The notes beneath the pieces are model-generated. The model ran no database searches, was not told where the DNA came from, and saw only the letters and a list, made by a program, of their open reading frames with translations. Below are positions 37,975 to 47,605 of a DNA stretch of 60,554 bases, piece after piece (the first letter of the stretch is position 1; each line of letters starts with the position of its first letter). A program made the position numbers and the translations under genes. This DNA is from a virus (taxonomy: Duplodnaviria > Caudoviricetes), in the IMG/VR virus record IMGVR_UViG_3300028585_000006, positions 1-60,554 of that record; one strand, given 5' to 3'.

Positions 37975-38970
37975 TCACGCGGCCGCGGCGAGCTCGCGGG
38001 CGGCCCGCTGCTCGTTCATGGTCGCGACGAACTCGTCGTCGGGGGGGAGCATGTTCGCGGTGCAGCGGCAGGAGGGGTGGTCCGGAGGCATGAGCATCCC
38101 GTTCGAGAACGGCTCGTCCCAGCGGACGATCTGCCCGACGAGGGGCGCGCACGTGTCGCACGGGTCGCGGCCCTCTTCCCACTCCTTGAGGCTGTCGGGC
38201 GCCACCCACCCGGCCGAGACCTGCTCCTGCCAGCCGGCGTACTTGCCGAGGTTCTGGGCGCGCTGCGTCTCGGTGCGGGCGATGTTCCAGGCCCGCCGGT
38301 TCAGGAGTGCCTTCGCCTTCGCCTCGGAGGCCTTCGTCGCGAGCATCGTCGCGCGGGCCACGGTCGTCTTCCCGTCGGCGAGCGCCGCGGCCAGGGTCCG
38401 GTCGTAGGTCTTGTCGACGGCGGCCCGCCAGGCGGCGTGCAGGCCGACGACGGAGCGGAGCTTGCGGGCGAGCTGGGCGCCGGTGAGGTCGCCGAGCGTG
38501 GCCTGCATCGCGAGGTCGGCGATCGCCGCGCGGATCCCGTCGGAGATCTCGACGACGAGCTGGCCGGCGAGCTGCTCGGCGAACGCGACGGCGGCCTGGT
38601 CGATGACCTCGAATGCGCCGTCGACGACGACCTCCTCGACGGCCGTGCCGACCGCGACGTCGCCCGCGGCCTTCCGGATGGTGGTCCGCATCTGCTTGAC
38701 CTCGTCGCGGCCGGCCTGCAGGACGACCTTCCGGAGCGGGTCGCGCACGTCGGTGAACCGCTCGCTGAACTCCATCCAGTCGATGCCGCGGCCGAACTCC
38801 TCGACGGAGGTGCCGGCGCCGAGGTCGTCGGGCACGGTGCGGGCGAGCCACAGGATCGCCGAGTAGATGATCTGCCCGACCTTCGCCTCGTGGCCGCCGA
38901 CCTCGGGGTCACGCTCGTCGTCGGGGAGGGCCGCCTTCGAGAGCGGCGCCCGCCTACTGACCAGGATCAT
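37975..38970 (-). CDS. MuF-like minor head protein
   Basis: RAWNIARTE...KEW...CDTC...PPDHPSCRC. Confidence 0.85.
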   Translation of the reverse strand: MILVSRRAPLSKAALPDDERDPEVGGHEAKVGQIIYSAILWLARTVPDDLGAGTSVEEFGRGIDWMEFSERFTDVRDPLRKVVLQAGRDEVKQMRTTIRKAAGDVAVGTAVEEVVVDGAFEVIDQAAVAFAEQLAGQLVVEISDGIRAAIADLAMQATLGDLTGAQLARKLRSVVGLHAAWRAAVDKTYDRTLAAALADGKTTVARATMLATKASEAKAKALLNRRAWNIARTETQRAQNLGKYAGWQEQVSAGWVAPDSLKEWEEGRDPCDTCAPLVGQIVRWDEPFSNGMLMPPDHPSCRCTANMLPPDDEFVATMNEQRAARELAAAA

Positions 38971-40372
38971 CGCGGAACGTCTGCGCGGTCGCGGGCGGCA
39001 GGTTGCCGACCTTGCGGACGAACTCGTCGAGCTCGGGGCCGGGGACGAGCGCGCCGCTGTTGACCATCTGCTCGATGAACGCGCCGATCGTGGGGAGGTC
39101 GACGTTCTGGATGTCGCCAAACACGAGGCGCGGCGGCTTGTCGACGTGGATGCGGTTGAACTTGAGCAGCCGGGCGATCGCGCCTTGGTCGAACGTCTCA
39201 GCGATGATCTTCGCGATCTGCTGGATCGCCATCGTCCACAGGTCGATCCGGGAGGCGCCGAGCGCGAACGAGCCGACGCCCTCGTGGCCGAGGAGCAGGA
39301 AGTCCATGAGGATGCTCATGGTCATCTCCTGCGACTTGCGGGTGATCGTCCCGCCGACGTCGATGCCCTTCGCGCCTGGCGCGGCGAGCAGCTCGAGCGA
39401 GACCAGCTTGTTCCCGTGCGAGTCGAACGCGACGGGCATGACGATGCCGCCGGACTCGTCGTTCCGGATCTGGGTCACGAGGTTCTGCATCGTGCGGAGC
39501 GTCGCCTTGTGCTCGGCCGACGCGTTCTCGTAGAAGTACTCGGGCGGGAGCGTGGCGACGGGGAGACCGGAGAGATCCCGCTCGATGCCGATGCCCTCGA
39601 TCTCCTCGATGCGCTTCTTGAAGTACCAGGGCCGGTACGCGCCGCGGAGCAGCGAGCGCCCCTCGGGGTTGTCCTTGAACGTCGACGTGCGGAACAGGAG
39701 GCTCTTCGCCATCGGGATCTTCCGGAGCCCGCCGCCCTGGTCGACCTGCTGCGTCATCCCGACGAGGCCGCCGTGGTCGTCGTACTCCCACTGCACGAGG
39801 GAGTCCTGCGCGCGGATCTTGAACCCGCGCCACCCGATCTTGCCGTCCGAGTACTTCGACTGGTGCATCGTCTCGGACCCCTCGGGGCCGGAGAGGTCGT
39901 CGGGGCCGCGGCGGAGCTTGAGGTTCATCTCGAGCAGCGCCCAGCCGTACGGGCCCATCGAGAGGATGTCCTCGAGCACGTTCGACCACGGGGTGCTCAT
40001 GTCGTCGAAGCACTCGCGGATGAAGTCGCCGGCCGCGACGTCGGCGGGGCCCGCGTCGGGGTCGTCCTGGATCTCCCACGGCAGCCGGCCGAGGATGCGC
40101 GCGATCGCGAACATCATGCCGCCCGCGACGGGGTCGTTCTCGGACATCTCCTTGAACACCTTGATGCCGGAGCGGCCGGACAGCTCGGTCAGGAACTCCT
40201 CGCCGATGAACCCGCCGGCGCGCTTGAGGCCGGTGTCGCCGAACTCGCGGAGGCCGGCCGGCATGTCCTCCATGCGGACCGGCTCGGCGGCGGCGACGTT
40301 CTCGATCTGCGCGGGCGTCGGGGCGGGCGTGGCCGGGGTGGCCCCGACCCTGTGCGGCGTGATGTCGGTCAT
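38954..40372 (-). CDS. Portal protein
   Basis: 472 aa; NPEGRSLLRGAYRPWYFKK, GIERDLSGLP, GSFALG; between TerL and MuF. Confidence 0.9.
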   Translation of the reverse strand: MTDITPHRVGATPATPAPTPAQIENVAAAEPVRMEDMPAGLREFGDTGLKRAGGFIGEEFLTELSGRSGIKVFKEMSENDPVAGGMMFAIARILGRLPWEIQDDPDAGPADVAAGDFIRECFDDMSTPWSNVLEDILSMGPYGWALLEMNLKLRRGPDDLSGPEGSETMHQSKYSDGKIGWRGFKIRAQDSLVQWEYDDHGGLVGMTQQVDQGGGLRKIPMAKSLLFRTSTFKDNPEGRSLLRGAYRPWYFKKRIEEIEGIGIERDLSGLPVATLPPEYFYENASAEHKATLRTMQNLVTQIRNDESGGIVMPVAFDSHGNKLVSLELLAAPGAKGIDVGGTITRKSQEMTMSILMDFLLLGHEGVGSFALGASRIDLWTMAIQQIAKIIAETFDQGAIARLLKFNRIHVDKPPRLVFGDIQNVDLPTIGAFIEQMVNSGALVPGPELDEFVRKVGNLPPATAQTFRDDPGQ

Positions 40373-40452
40373 GGATCCTCACCGGGGTTGTGGATGCTGC
40401 GCGGTCCCGACCAGCGTAGACGCGCGATCGCCACACCCGGGTTGCGGACACG

Positions 40453-40572
40453 CGAGAGCCCCGCCGGTCTACTCCTCCGGCGGGGCTCTCGTGGTCGCGG
40501 TGGCTGCAGGCGTTGCGACCCGGGCGACGGTACACGAACGCCCCGCTCCGGGGCCACCGGGCGGGGCGTTCG
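40453..40572. terminator. Two tandem GC-rich hairpins
   Basis: 15-bp stem 40453-40491 and 12-bp stem 40535-40572. Confidence 0.6.
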
Positions 40573-40658
40573 ATCGTCGTGCTCGCTGTGCGCTGGGGTG
40601 AGCTCCCCCGTCCCATCTCCGACCCACTTGCCCGGAGGTGCGCTGTGCGGGGTCGAGT

Positions 40659-41375
40659 CTAGCTGAGCTTCGAGCGGCCGTCGTCGAAGATCCCGCGGAC
40701 GGCCCACATGCCGGCGCCCTGCAGCTGTGTCAGCGCGGTGGCGCGGCAGGGGCCCGCGGGCACCAGGCGGTAGATGGCCTCGGCGTAGTCGAGGAGCGCG
40801 GCCTGCAGCTCGGTCGCCGCGGCCTTCTGCTCGGGGGCCGGCGGGCCCGACGTCGCGGCCGAGAAGAACCGGGCCTCGGCGCGCTCGCGCGGGGTCATCT
40901 CGCGGGTGCTGCCCTCGGTCTGGTCGAGGCGGCGGCCGTCGATCTCGTCGGGGTGCCACGGGGTGCCGGCGGCTGCGGACGTCTGGACGCCGTTGGCGGC
41001 CGCGGCGCGCGCTTCCGGGGTGGTGGTGGTGGTGACGGCCCCGAGGCCCGTGACGGCCGCCGTGGTCGCGGGGACGGTGCCCCGGCGCGTGCCCCCCTCG
41101 GAGGGGACGCCGGCCTCGTGGGTCACGAGCTCGCGGGTCGACGTGTCGATCGCGTAGTGCTTCACGGGGGCGACGGTCGCGGCGACCGCGGGGTCGATGC
41201 CGTCGACGAGCTGGCGGGCTTCGGCGGCCGAGGCGTCGTCGAGCTCGGCGACGCGGGCGAGGGCCTCCCGCTCGGTGTCGAATCGCTCGATGGTCTCGGG
41301 CTCTCCGTGCACGACGGCGAAGGGAGACGCGGCGTCGTGGGCGATGGTGCTCAGGGTCTGGGTCAGGTCGGTCAT
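40659..41375 (-). CDS. Protein with C-terminal Acb2/Tad1-like helical hairpin domain
   Basis: PAPEQ...YAEAIYRLVPAGPCRATALTQLQGAGMWAVRGI resembles the 'P-x-x-R-x-x-A-L-T-x-L-E-x-A-x-M-W-A-x-x-x-I' pattern. Confidence 0.6.
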   Translation of the reverse strand: MTDLTQTLSTIAHDAASPFAVVHGEPETIERFDTEREALARVAELDDASAAEARQLVDGIDPAVAATVAPVKHYAIDTSTRELVTHEAGVPSEGGTRRGTVPATTAAVTGLGAVTTTTTPEARAAAANGVQTSAAAGTPWHPDEIDGRRLDQTEGSTREMTPRERAEARFFSAATSGPPAPEQKAAATELQAALLDYAEAIYRLVPAGPCRATALTQLQGAGMWAVRGIFDDGRSKLS

Positions 41376-41462
41376 GCCCGGCAGCCTACGGGAGAGGGCC
41401 CCACCGAGTACCCGACCTGGTGGAGCCCTCCGCGTCCGACCCGAATCGAGCGCAGCCCGAGT

Positions 41463-43151
41463 CTAGGCGTCGCGCCAGGAGATCGGCTTCCCGAGCCCGA
41501 CGGCGCCGAACGGCTTGAGGGTCGTCGTCTCCTCGGGCGGCTCAAAGTACCCGAGGAGGAGCGCCTCGCCGCGGTCGGGCGAGCGGAGGCCGCGGCGCTT
41601 CATCTCGGCCTTCTTCTCGATCACGATGCGGTTGCTGCCGTCGGTGCGGAACATCGGGCCGGTGAGCTGGGCCTTCACGCGGGTGTCGATGTCGAGGACC
41701 ACGGGGCCCTCGTACTCGGTGATCGAGAACGGCGACGTGCCGCCGTCGTCGACGAGGGTGAGCTGGCGCATCGTGGGCTGGATCAGGCGGCGGAGGTTCC
41801 ACCACATCTCGGCCCGCTGGTTCGCGTACTTGTCCGGCTCGGAGGCGTTCTTCGCGACGTTCACGGCCACGATCTCGGACTTGTGCTTGCCCTCGTCGCC
41901 GCGGCGGATCAGGTCGCCGACGACGCCCCAGCCGACGCCGATCGCGTCGATCTTGACCCGGACCTTCGTCGTGTTCCCACGGACGGCGTGCTCGCTCTCG
42001 GCCTTGTGGATCCACTCGAGGATCTTGTCGGCCACGACCGCGCTGTTCTCGTTCTGGGCGCCGACCGAGCTGTGCACGATCGAGCCCTTCATGCCGTCGA
42101 TCCACGCGATGACGAACTCGTCGCCACCGTCGGCCGCGACGTCGACACCGAGGCGGATGTCGCCGGTCGTGACGCTGTGCTCGGTCGTCGCCATCGCGGA
42201 CTCGAGCCAGGTGATCGGGAGCACCTTGTCCTGGATATTCGACGGGAACCGGGCGTGCGCGCGGGCCTCGATGTACGGGGAGTCGGCGCCGAACTCGTCG
42301 ACGACCTCGTCGAGCCAGGCCTTGTCGACCAGGTGCGTCGCGATGCTGTGCGGCGGGGTGCCGGCCGGGCAGGAGGCGCAGTCGTCAACCTTCTCGCCCG
42401 TGAAGTTCGGCGTCGAGAAGACGCTGATCGGGATGACGTTCGTGTTCTTCCGGCCGCTCTCCGCGCGCCGCTGAAACCAGGTGTTCTCCGCCTCGGTCGA
42501 CGGGTTGCCGATGAGGAGCATCCGCGTGTGTCCACCGGTCAGGAGCGAGTACAGGGCCTTCCCGAGCTCGTGGCTGATGCCGCCGGCCTCGTCGACGACG
42601 ATCAGCATGTGCGGGGCGTGGCGGCCCTGCACGGCAGCCTCGTCGTTGTCGTTCGCGGAGAAGCCGTACGCGGCGAGCTCGGTGCCCTCGCCGTCGGGAC
42701 GGTCGACGATCCACTCGGTCGTGTTCGTCCGGCCGGGCAGGTCGTGCCTGCTCACCATGCGGCGGATGTGCGGCCAGAGGATCGTCTTGACCTGCTGGAA
42801 GTTCGTCGCCGTCGTGATCGTCAGGGCCGTGCCCGGAGGGTGGACGGACGTCCACCAGGCGACGACGCGGGCCGCGGTGTGCGACTTCGAGACCGAGTGC
42901 GCGGCGGGCACGACGGTGATCTTGTACCGGAGGACCGACTCGAGCATCTCGCGCTGCAGCGACCAGGTCGGCTCGTTCAGGACGTTGTGCACGAAGCCGA
43001 CGGGGTCGTACCGGTACTGGCCGAAGGGCGAGCCCATGCCGGCGTCGATCTGCTTCTCGAGCGAGGCCCGCTCGGTGCGGGACATCGACTCGAAGAACGC
43101 CTGGCGATCCGCCGTGCTCAGCGAGCCGAAGCGTTCGAGGGTCTGGGTCAC
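41463..43151 (-). CDS. terL: Terminase large subunit
   Basis: Walker A-like AAHSVSKS, IVVDEAGG, LLIGNP, GVDVA..GGD, IDAIGVG, RSPDRGEAL. Confidence 0.95.
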   Translation of the reverse strand: MTQTLERFGSLSTADRQAFFESMSRTERASLEKQIDAGMGSPFGQYRYDPVGFVHNVLNEPTWSLQREMLESVLRYKITVVPAAHSVSKSHTAARVVAWWTSVHPPGTALTITTATNFQQVKTILWPHIRRMVSRHDLPGRTNTTEWIVDRPDGEGTELAAYGFSANDNDEAAVQGRHAPHMLIVVDEAGGISHELGKALYSLLTGGHTRMLLIGNPSTEAENTWFQRRAESGRKNTNVIPISVFSTPNFTGEKVDDCASCPAGTPPHSIATHLVDKAWLDEVVDEFGADSPYIEARAHARFPSNIQDKVLPITWLESAMATTEHSVTTGDIRLGVDVAADGGDEFVIAWIDGMKGSIVHSSVGAQNENSAVVADKILEWIHKAESEHAVRGNTTKVRVKIDAIGVGWGVVGDLIRRGDEGKHKSEIVAVNVAKNASEPDKYANQRAEMWWNLRRLIQPTMRQLTLVDDGGTSPFSITEYEGPVVLDIDTRVKAQLTGPMFRTDGSNRIVIEKKAEMKRRGLRSPDRGEALLLGYFEPPEETTTLKPFGAVGLGKPISWRDA

Positions 43152-43173
43152 CCGGGGATCATACCCGGGTGCG

Positions 43174-43305
43174 TCAGGGCCAGAGCAGGACGATCAGCGC
43201 GGCCAGGGCGATCGCGTTGCCGAGGAGCCAGACGACGCCGGGGATGCACGACCGCTGGCGGCCGCGGAGGTGCCGGGGGTGCTCGTCGGGCCGGTAGTGG
43301 TCCAT
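43174..43305 (-). CDS. Small membrane protein
   Basis: 43 aa manual translation ending VVWLLGNAIALAALIVLLWP; coupled start. Confidence 0.5.
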   Translation of the reverse strand: MDHYRPDEHPRHLRGRQRSCIPGVVWLLGNAIALAALIVLLWP

Positions 43306-43892
43306 CACGACCGCCGACCCTTCGGGCTGTTCGAGGGGAGACCGAACTCGCGGAGCCGCTTGCTGACCTGCGGCTGCGACCGGCCGATCTCGCGGGCGAT
43401 CGCCGTGTCGGAGAGACCGGTGCGGTACAGCTCCTGCATCCGCTCGAGGTCGGCCTCGGACATTTTCCGCCCGAGGCCGTGCTCGCTGATCGGGGTGCGC
43501 GCGTGCACCGGCGCCTTCGGTGTGCGCGGCGCCGGCGTCGGGTGGACTACTTCGACGAGAGGAGGCGCGACGTCGTCCGGCAGACGGTGCGCGCCGGGCA
43601 GCGGGCGGAGCGCGCGGGCCTCCTCGCGGAGCCGGGCACGCTCGGCCGCGCGGTCCTCAGCGGCCTGGTCGACGGCGTCGTCGTGGAGGCGGTTCGCGGT
43701 CGGGTGCTCGGGGCCGACGGGCGCGGCCGCGGCGGGCGCCGGCGTGCGCGGGGCGTCGGCGCCAGCGGCCGCGCGTCGGAGGACCTCGGCCATGAGGTCG
43801 ACGGGCTTGACGCCGTGCACGTGAGCGCGCGCCGCGTAGAACTCCGCCGTCTTGGCGGGGAGCATCAGGCCGCCGATCTTCACGTGCATCAT
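43305..43892 (-). CDS. HTH DNA-binding protein
   Basis: LYRTGLSDTAIAREIGRSQPQVSKRL. Confidence 0.75.
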   Translation of the reverse strand: MMHVKIGGLMLPAKTAEFYAARAHVHGVKPVDLMAEVLRRAAAGADAPRTPAPAAAAPVGPEHPTANRLHDDAVDQAAEDRAAERARLREEARALRPLPGAHRLPDDVAPPLVEVVHPTPAPRTPKAPVHARTPISEHGLGRKMSEADLERMQELYRTGLSDTAIAREIGRSQPQVSKRLREFGLPSNSPKGRRS

Positions 43893-44104
43893 GAGCGGAT
43901 CGTACCGGCCTGCCCGGCCTGCCAGGCGACGTGCGCGGCGAAGCTCTGGCCCATCTGGCCGTTGTGAGATCCCCACCCGCACGAGCACGACGAGATGCTG
44001 AGGCGCTGGTGCGCGACGAGGACCTCCTCGAGCACGTACACCGGCATCGTGATCGTGGCGCTCTGCGGGAGGCGTTCCTTCGGGACCCTCACGCCGTCCG
44101 CCAC
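43889..44104 (-). CDS. Hypothetical small Cys/His protein
   Basis: AHQ...CSCGW...FAAHVA. Confidence 0.55.
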   Translation of the reverse strand: MADGVRVPKERLPQSATITMPVYVLEEVLVAHQRLSISSCSCGWGSHNGQMGQSFAAHVAWQAGQAGTIRS

Positions 44105-44376
44105 GGGTGCCCCTCGGGGATCACGTGCAGCGTCTCGGTGAGCTTGATGTAGCCGGACCCGTTCGGCTCGAGCACGACCCTGCCGGCGTGGTCGTACTGC
44201 AGCGTCTTGATGAGGACGTGCACGCCGTCGTGCTGGGCGATGATCCCCCCGAGGATGACGCGGTTGCGGGGGACGCCGAGCTGCTCGACGAGGGCCGCGG
44301 CGATGTCGTAGTCCTCCGGGGTCCGGAGACCCGCACGGCGGTACTGCTCGCGGTGCGGGTCCTGCGGGTACGTCAC
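44089..44376 (-). CDS. Hypothetical protein
   Basis: GTGA-coupled ORF. Confidence 0.6.
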   Translation of the reverse strand: MTYPQDPHREQYRRAGLRTPEDYDIAAALVEQLGVPRNRVILGGIIAQHDGVHVLIKTLQYDHAGRVVLEPNGSGYIKLTETLHVIPEGHPWRTA

Positions 44377-44534
44377 TGGTCGGCCTCCTCGGGGAACAGC
44401 TTGAGCACGGCGTCGGCGATGGCCAGCTGCTTGGCCGTCGGCGGGTCGTTGATGAACTCGTCCATCGCCGGCCCGGACCACGCGTGCGTGACCCTCTTGA
44501 CCTCGGCCGCGACCTGCTCGCGTGTGGGCCTCAT
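44373..44534 (-). CDS. Hypothetical protein
   Basis: ATGA-coupled ORF. Confidence 0.55.
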   Translation of the reverse strand: MRPTREQVAAEVKRVTHAWSGPAMDEFINDPPTAKQLAIADAVLKLFPEEADQ

Positions 44535-44767
44535 CGCTTCTCGACCCTGACGCTGTCGAGGCCGCCGTCGACGTGGCCGACGAACTCCTCCATCGCGGTG
44601 ACCACGGCCTTGCCGACGTCGATCCGCGGGGTGCCGACCCACACCTCGACGTCGACGGTGACGCGCACGGTGTGGGTGGCCGTCGGAACCGGGTCGGGGA
44701 CGGGCGTGACCGGGGCTGTGACGGCCTGGGGCGGCGTCGGGGTGAAGGGGTTGAGCAGGCTGGTCAT
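44531..44767 (-). CDS. Hypothetical protein
   Basis: ATGA-coupled ORF. Confidence 0.6.
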   Translation of the reverse strand: MTSLLNPFTPTPPQAVTAPVTPVPDPVPTATHTVRVTVDVEVWVGTPRIDVGKAVVTAMEEFVGHVDGGLDSVRVEKR

Positions 44768-45051
44768 TCGGTCTCCTGGTTCGGGTACGGGGTCTCGTGC
44801 GAGTAGGCGGATAGGGCGGCCTCGGCGTCGGGGCCGCCGCCCTTCACCAGGGCGCGGATCGCGCCGTTCAGGTACTGCTCGCGGGCGACGTGGCGATCGT
44901 ACGTCCGGGCCCGCTGCCGGATGTCGACGAGCTTCTCCTCAGCACGCTCGGCGCGCTCGCGGTGCAGGGCGCGCTGGAACGTGATCGTCAGGACGACGAA
45001 CGTGACGCTCAGCGTCCCGTGCACGAGGGCCAACCAGGAGATCCAGCTCAC
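44764..45051 (-). CDS. Membrane protein
   Basis: N-terminal TM SWISWLALVHGTLSVTFVVLTITF. Confidence 0.6.
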   Translation of the reverse strand: MSWISWLALVHGTLSVTFVVLTITFQRALHRERAERAEEKLVDIRQRARTYDRHVAREQYLNGAIRALVKGGGPDAEAALSAYSHETPYPNQETE

Positions 45052-45142
45052 GACTCGTCCGCCCGTCGCATGAGGGCGTGCCCGAGGGAGATGCAGCTGC
45101 CGGCGAGCGCGACGACCATGAAGACGCCGGCGATGAGCGGGC

Positions 45143-45973
45143 TCACAGCGGGCCGACCGGGTAGGCGCTGGCCTCGTCGTCGGCGTCGTACAGGCGACCG
45201 TTCCACGCGTCGGCGAGCTCGGCAAAGATCGGCGACGACCGGCGCGTGCTGGCCGCCACGACCGCGAAGCCGTCGGAGTCGAACGAGTACTGCTCAGCGC
45301 GCTCGATGGCGTCGACAGCCAGGGCGTTCAGCTCGTCCCAGTCGACCGACATGCCGCGGCGGCCGAGGTACTCGTTGATCTGCTCGCGGGTCACGGTGTC
45401 GTCCGGCTCGTACGTGTAGCCCCACTTCTCGAGCAGCTCGGCCGCGTCGGGCCGAGGCGTCGGCGCCGTGTCGAAGTGGATCCGATCGCTCGGGGTCCTG
45501 GGCTTCACGACGGACGGGGTCGGGCCCTTCGAGGTGAAGATCGGCATCCCGGGCGCGAGCTTGACCACCTCGACGCCGTCCATGATGTTGCCCGCCGCGG
45601 TGATCGTCCACGTGCCGTCGGCGTTCAGGACCTCGGACAGCGGGAGCTTGCCGCCCATCGCGCGGACCAGGTCGCGGGCGCTTTGCCGGCCGTACGCGTC
45701 GGGGTGCGGCTCGGTCGTGATCTGCGGGGTGCCTTGCGCCGGCTGCCCTGCCTCGACGACGGGCCCGGCCGGAGTGACCGCCAGCTTCGTGTAGCCGCGG
45801 GTGCCGTGCTCGATGTACGGCCGGTCGACGTCGGGCGTGGTCGTGTTCAGCGTCGCGTCGTGGTCGTGCTGCCTCGACGTGATCGAGAGCATGTCGCGCA
45901 TCCGCTCCCGAGCTGTGCGCTTCGGCGCCCACGGCAACGGGGTGCGGTCGTCCTTCGGGGTCATGTGGTCCAT
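45143..45973 (-). CDS. Hypothetical protein
   Basis: 276 aa coupled ORF. Confidence 0.7.
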   Translation of the reverse strand: MDHMTPKDDRTPLPWAPKRTARERMRDMLSITSRQHDHDATLNTTTPDVDRPYIEHGTRGYTKLAVTPAGPVVEAGQPAQGTPQITTEPHPDAYGRQSARDLVRAMGGKLPLSEVLNADGTWTITAAGNIMDGVEVVKLAPGMPIFTSKGPTPSVVKPRTPSDRIHFDTAPTPRPDAAELLEKWGYTYEPDDTVTREQINEYLGRRGMSVDWDELNALAVDAIERAEQYSFDSDGFAVVAASTRRSSPIFAELADAWNGRLYDADDEASAYPVGPL

Positions 45974-46263
45974 CAGATGCTCAACTCTCTGGTCGCGAGG
46001 AGGAGACGCCGAGCCTCGTCGAGGTCGGCGATCAGGTCGTAGTCGGGGGCGAGCGCGCGGGCCTCGCGCGCGGCGTGGTCAGCGAGCCGGGTTACGGTCA
46101 CGGTCACGGCGTCCATGTCGATCTCGGCGAGCTGCTGCCGGACGTACCGGACCGCGGACTGCGCGGCGATGCGGCCCTTCTCGGCGCTGTCCCGGCGCCG
46201 CTCGGCCGAGAGCCTCATGCCCTCGTGCGTGGCGATGCGGTGGTCGAGCTTCGACTCGGCCAT
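45973..46263 (-). CDS. Hypothetical protein
   Basis: 96 aa coupled ORF. Confidence 0.65.
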   Translation of the reverse strand: MAESKLDHRIATHEGMRLSAERRRDSAEKGRIAAQSAVRYVRQQLAEIDMDAVTVTVTRLADHAAREARALAPDYDLIADLDEARRLLLATRELSI

Positions 46264-46415
46264 CAGTCGGCGTTCCCGATGTCGGTCAGCGCGGTCGCTG
46301 CTTCGCGCAGGTCGACGACGAGATGGTGCTCGGGGACGTACCCCTGCGAGCGGAGGCGTTCGGCGTGCTCTTCGAGGCGCTGGGCCAGGTGGAGGAGATC
46401 GGCGGGGTCGTGCAC
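46263..46415 (-). CDS. Hypothetical protein
   Basis: 50 aa manual translation (MHDPADLLHLAQRLEE...), AAGGAACAG RBS. Confidence 0.55.
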   Translation of the reverse strand: MHDPADLLHLAQRLEEHAERLRSQGYVPEHHLVVDLREAATALTDIGNAD

Positions 46416-46482
46416 GGGCTGTTCCTTCCGGAGGGGGGTGATGCGGTCATGCTTTCACACCAGGGGGTGACGCGCCAGCCGG

Positions 46483-46719
46483 TCAGTCGTCGACCACCCG
46501 ATAGATCGGGCCGCCCATGTCGGAGCCGACGTACTCGAGGCGCGCGTTCGGGCGGTCGGTGTGCAGCTGCCCGAGGAGAGCGGCGAGGGCAGCGTCGAGG
46601 TGCTCGCGGTGGTGAGCGTCGAACGATGCGACGCCTGTCAGCCCTGCCGTGCGTTCGGCGCCGGCGCGGATGACCTGCCGGGCCGAGGGGCGCGGGCTTG
46701 GCCTGCGGTGCCTACCCAC
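46483..46719 (-). CDS. Hypothetical protein
   Basis: 78 aa ORF in gene run. Confidence 0.5.
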   Translation of the reverse strand: MGRHRRPSPRPSARQVIRAGAERTAGLTGVASFDAHHREHLDAALAALLGQLHTDRPNARLEYVGSDMGGPIYRVVDD

Positions 46720-46915
46720 GGTGGATCTTGCAGAGGTCGAGGCGGGAGTCGCGGCGTGCCGGCGTGCGGTCGTCGGGGATGCGGACCTCCCAGCCGAGGC
46801 GCTCGGCCGCGTGCCGGGCCTGTTCGAGCGTGTCGCCGGACACGCGCTGCACGCACTGGATCCCGTCGGCCATGACGTGATCGCAGTGCACGGTGACGCG
46901 GCGGCGGTAGCTCAC
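46712..46915 (-). CDS. Small Cys/His protein
   Basis: VHCD..C...GW...DLCKIH. Confidence 0.55.
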   Translation of the reverse strand: MSYRRRVTVHCDHVMADGIQCVQRVSGDTLEQARHAAERLGWEVRIPDDRTPARRDSRLDLCKIHRG

Positions 46916-47066
46916 GACTCGTCCCCGTCGTCGTCGGCGGTGACGATCAGGAACGTGTCGACACCTTCGAGCGCGAGCCCAGCCATCGACCGGCCGAACG
47001 CTTCGATGCTGCGGGTGATGATCTCCGGGTCTGCGCTTGTCACGGACAGGTTGATTCGCATGGCGG

Positions 47067-47303
47067 TCACCGGTCAAGCCTCAGGTCGTCGAGCACGAGG
47101 TGGACGATCCGCATCGTGGCCGCTCGGCGTTCGTTTGCGCGGGGCAGGCCGCCGAACTTGAGGAGGCGGAAGAGCGCGACGGCCCAGTCGCGGTCGTGCT
47201 CGTGGTCGCCGCGGACGCCGAGCGGGTTGCGGCTGAGGTAGCGGTCGAGCCGGTCGACGGCTTCGGCGAGGAGCTGCTTCTCGGTCTTCACAGGACGCCC
47301 CAC
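47067..47303 (-). CDS. Hypothetical protein
   Basis: 78 aa ORF. Confidence 0.55.
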   Translation of the reverse strand: MGRPVKTEKQLLAEAVDRLDRYLSRNPLGVRGDHEHDRDWAVALFRLLKFGGLPRANERRAATMRIVHLVLDDLRLDR

Positions 47304-47605
47304 TCCTGCAGGGCGACGACGGTGCCGACGCAGATCCCGACGATGAGGACGCCGACGCCGGCGGCGGCCGCGCGCCCGAGGAGGTCGAGGCGTCGGGCGT
47401 GCCTCATCTGGACGAGCACGGGGTCGTCGTCGATCCGGATCGGGCCGTCGATTTGCTTGACTCGCAGCGCACCCTCGACCGGGCCGATAGGTGCTCCGTG
47501 CCTCATCTGTACCCCGACTTCTGGCGTTCCGGGGTACTGAGCCGTGTTTCCGGAGACTTTTGTCCCCCGCCGTGCTGCCTTCCGTTGCTTGCGTGCCCTA
47601 CTCAT
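47288..47605 (-). CDS. Membrane protein
   Basis: C-terminal TM helix. Confidence 0.6.
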   Translation of the reverse strand: MSRARKQRKAARRGTKVSGNTAQYPGTPEVGVQMRHGAPIGPVEGALRVKQIDGPIRIDDDPVLVQMRHARRLDLLGRAAAAGVGVLIVGICVGTVVALQEWGVL

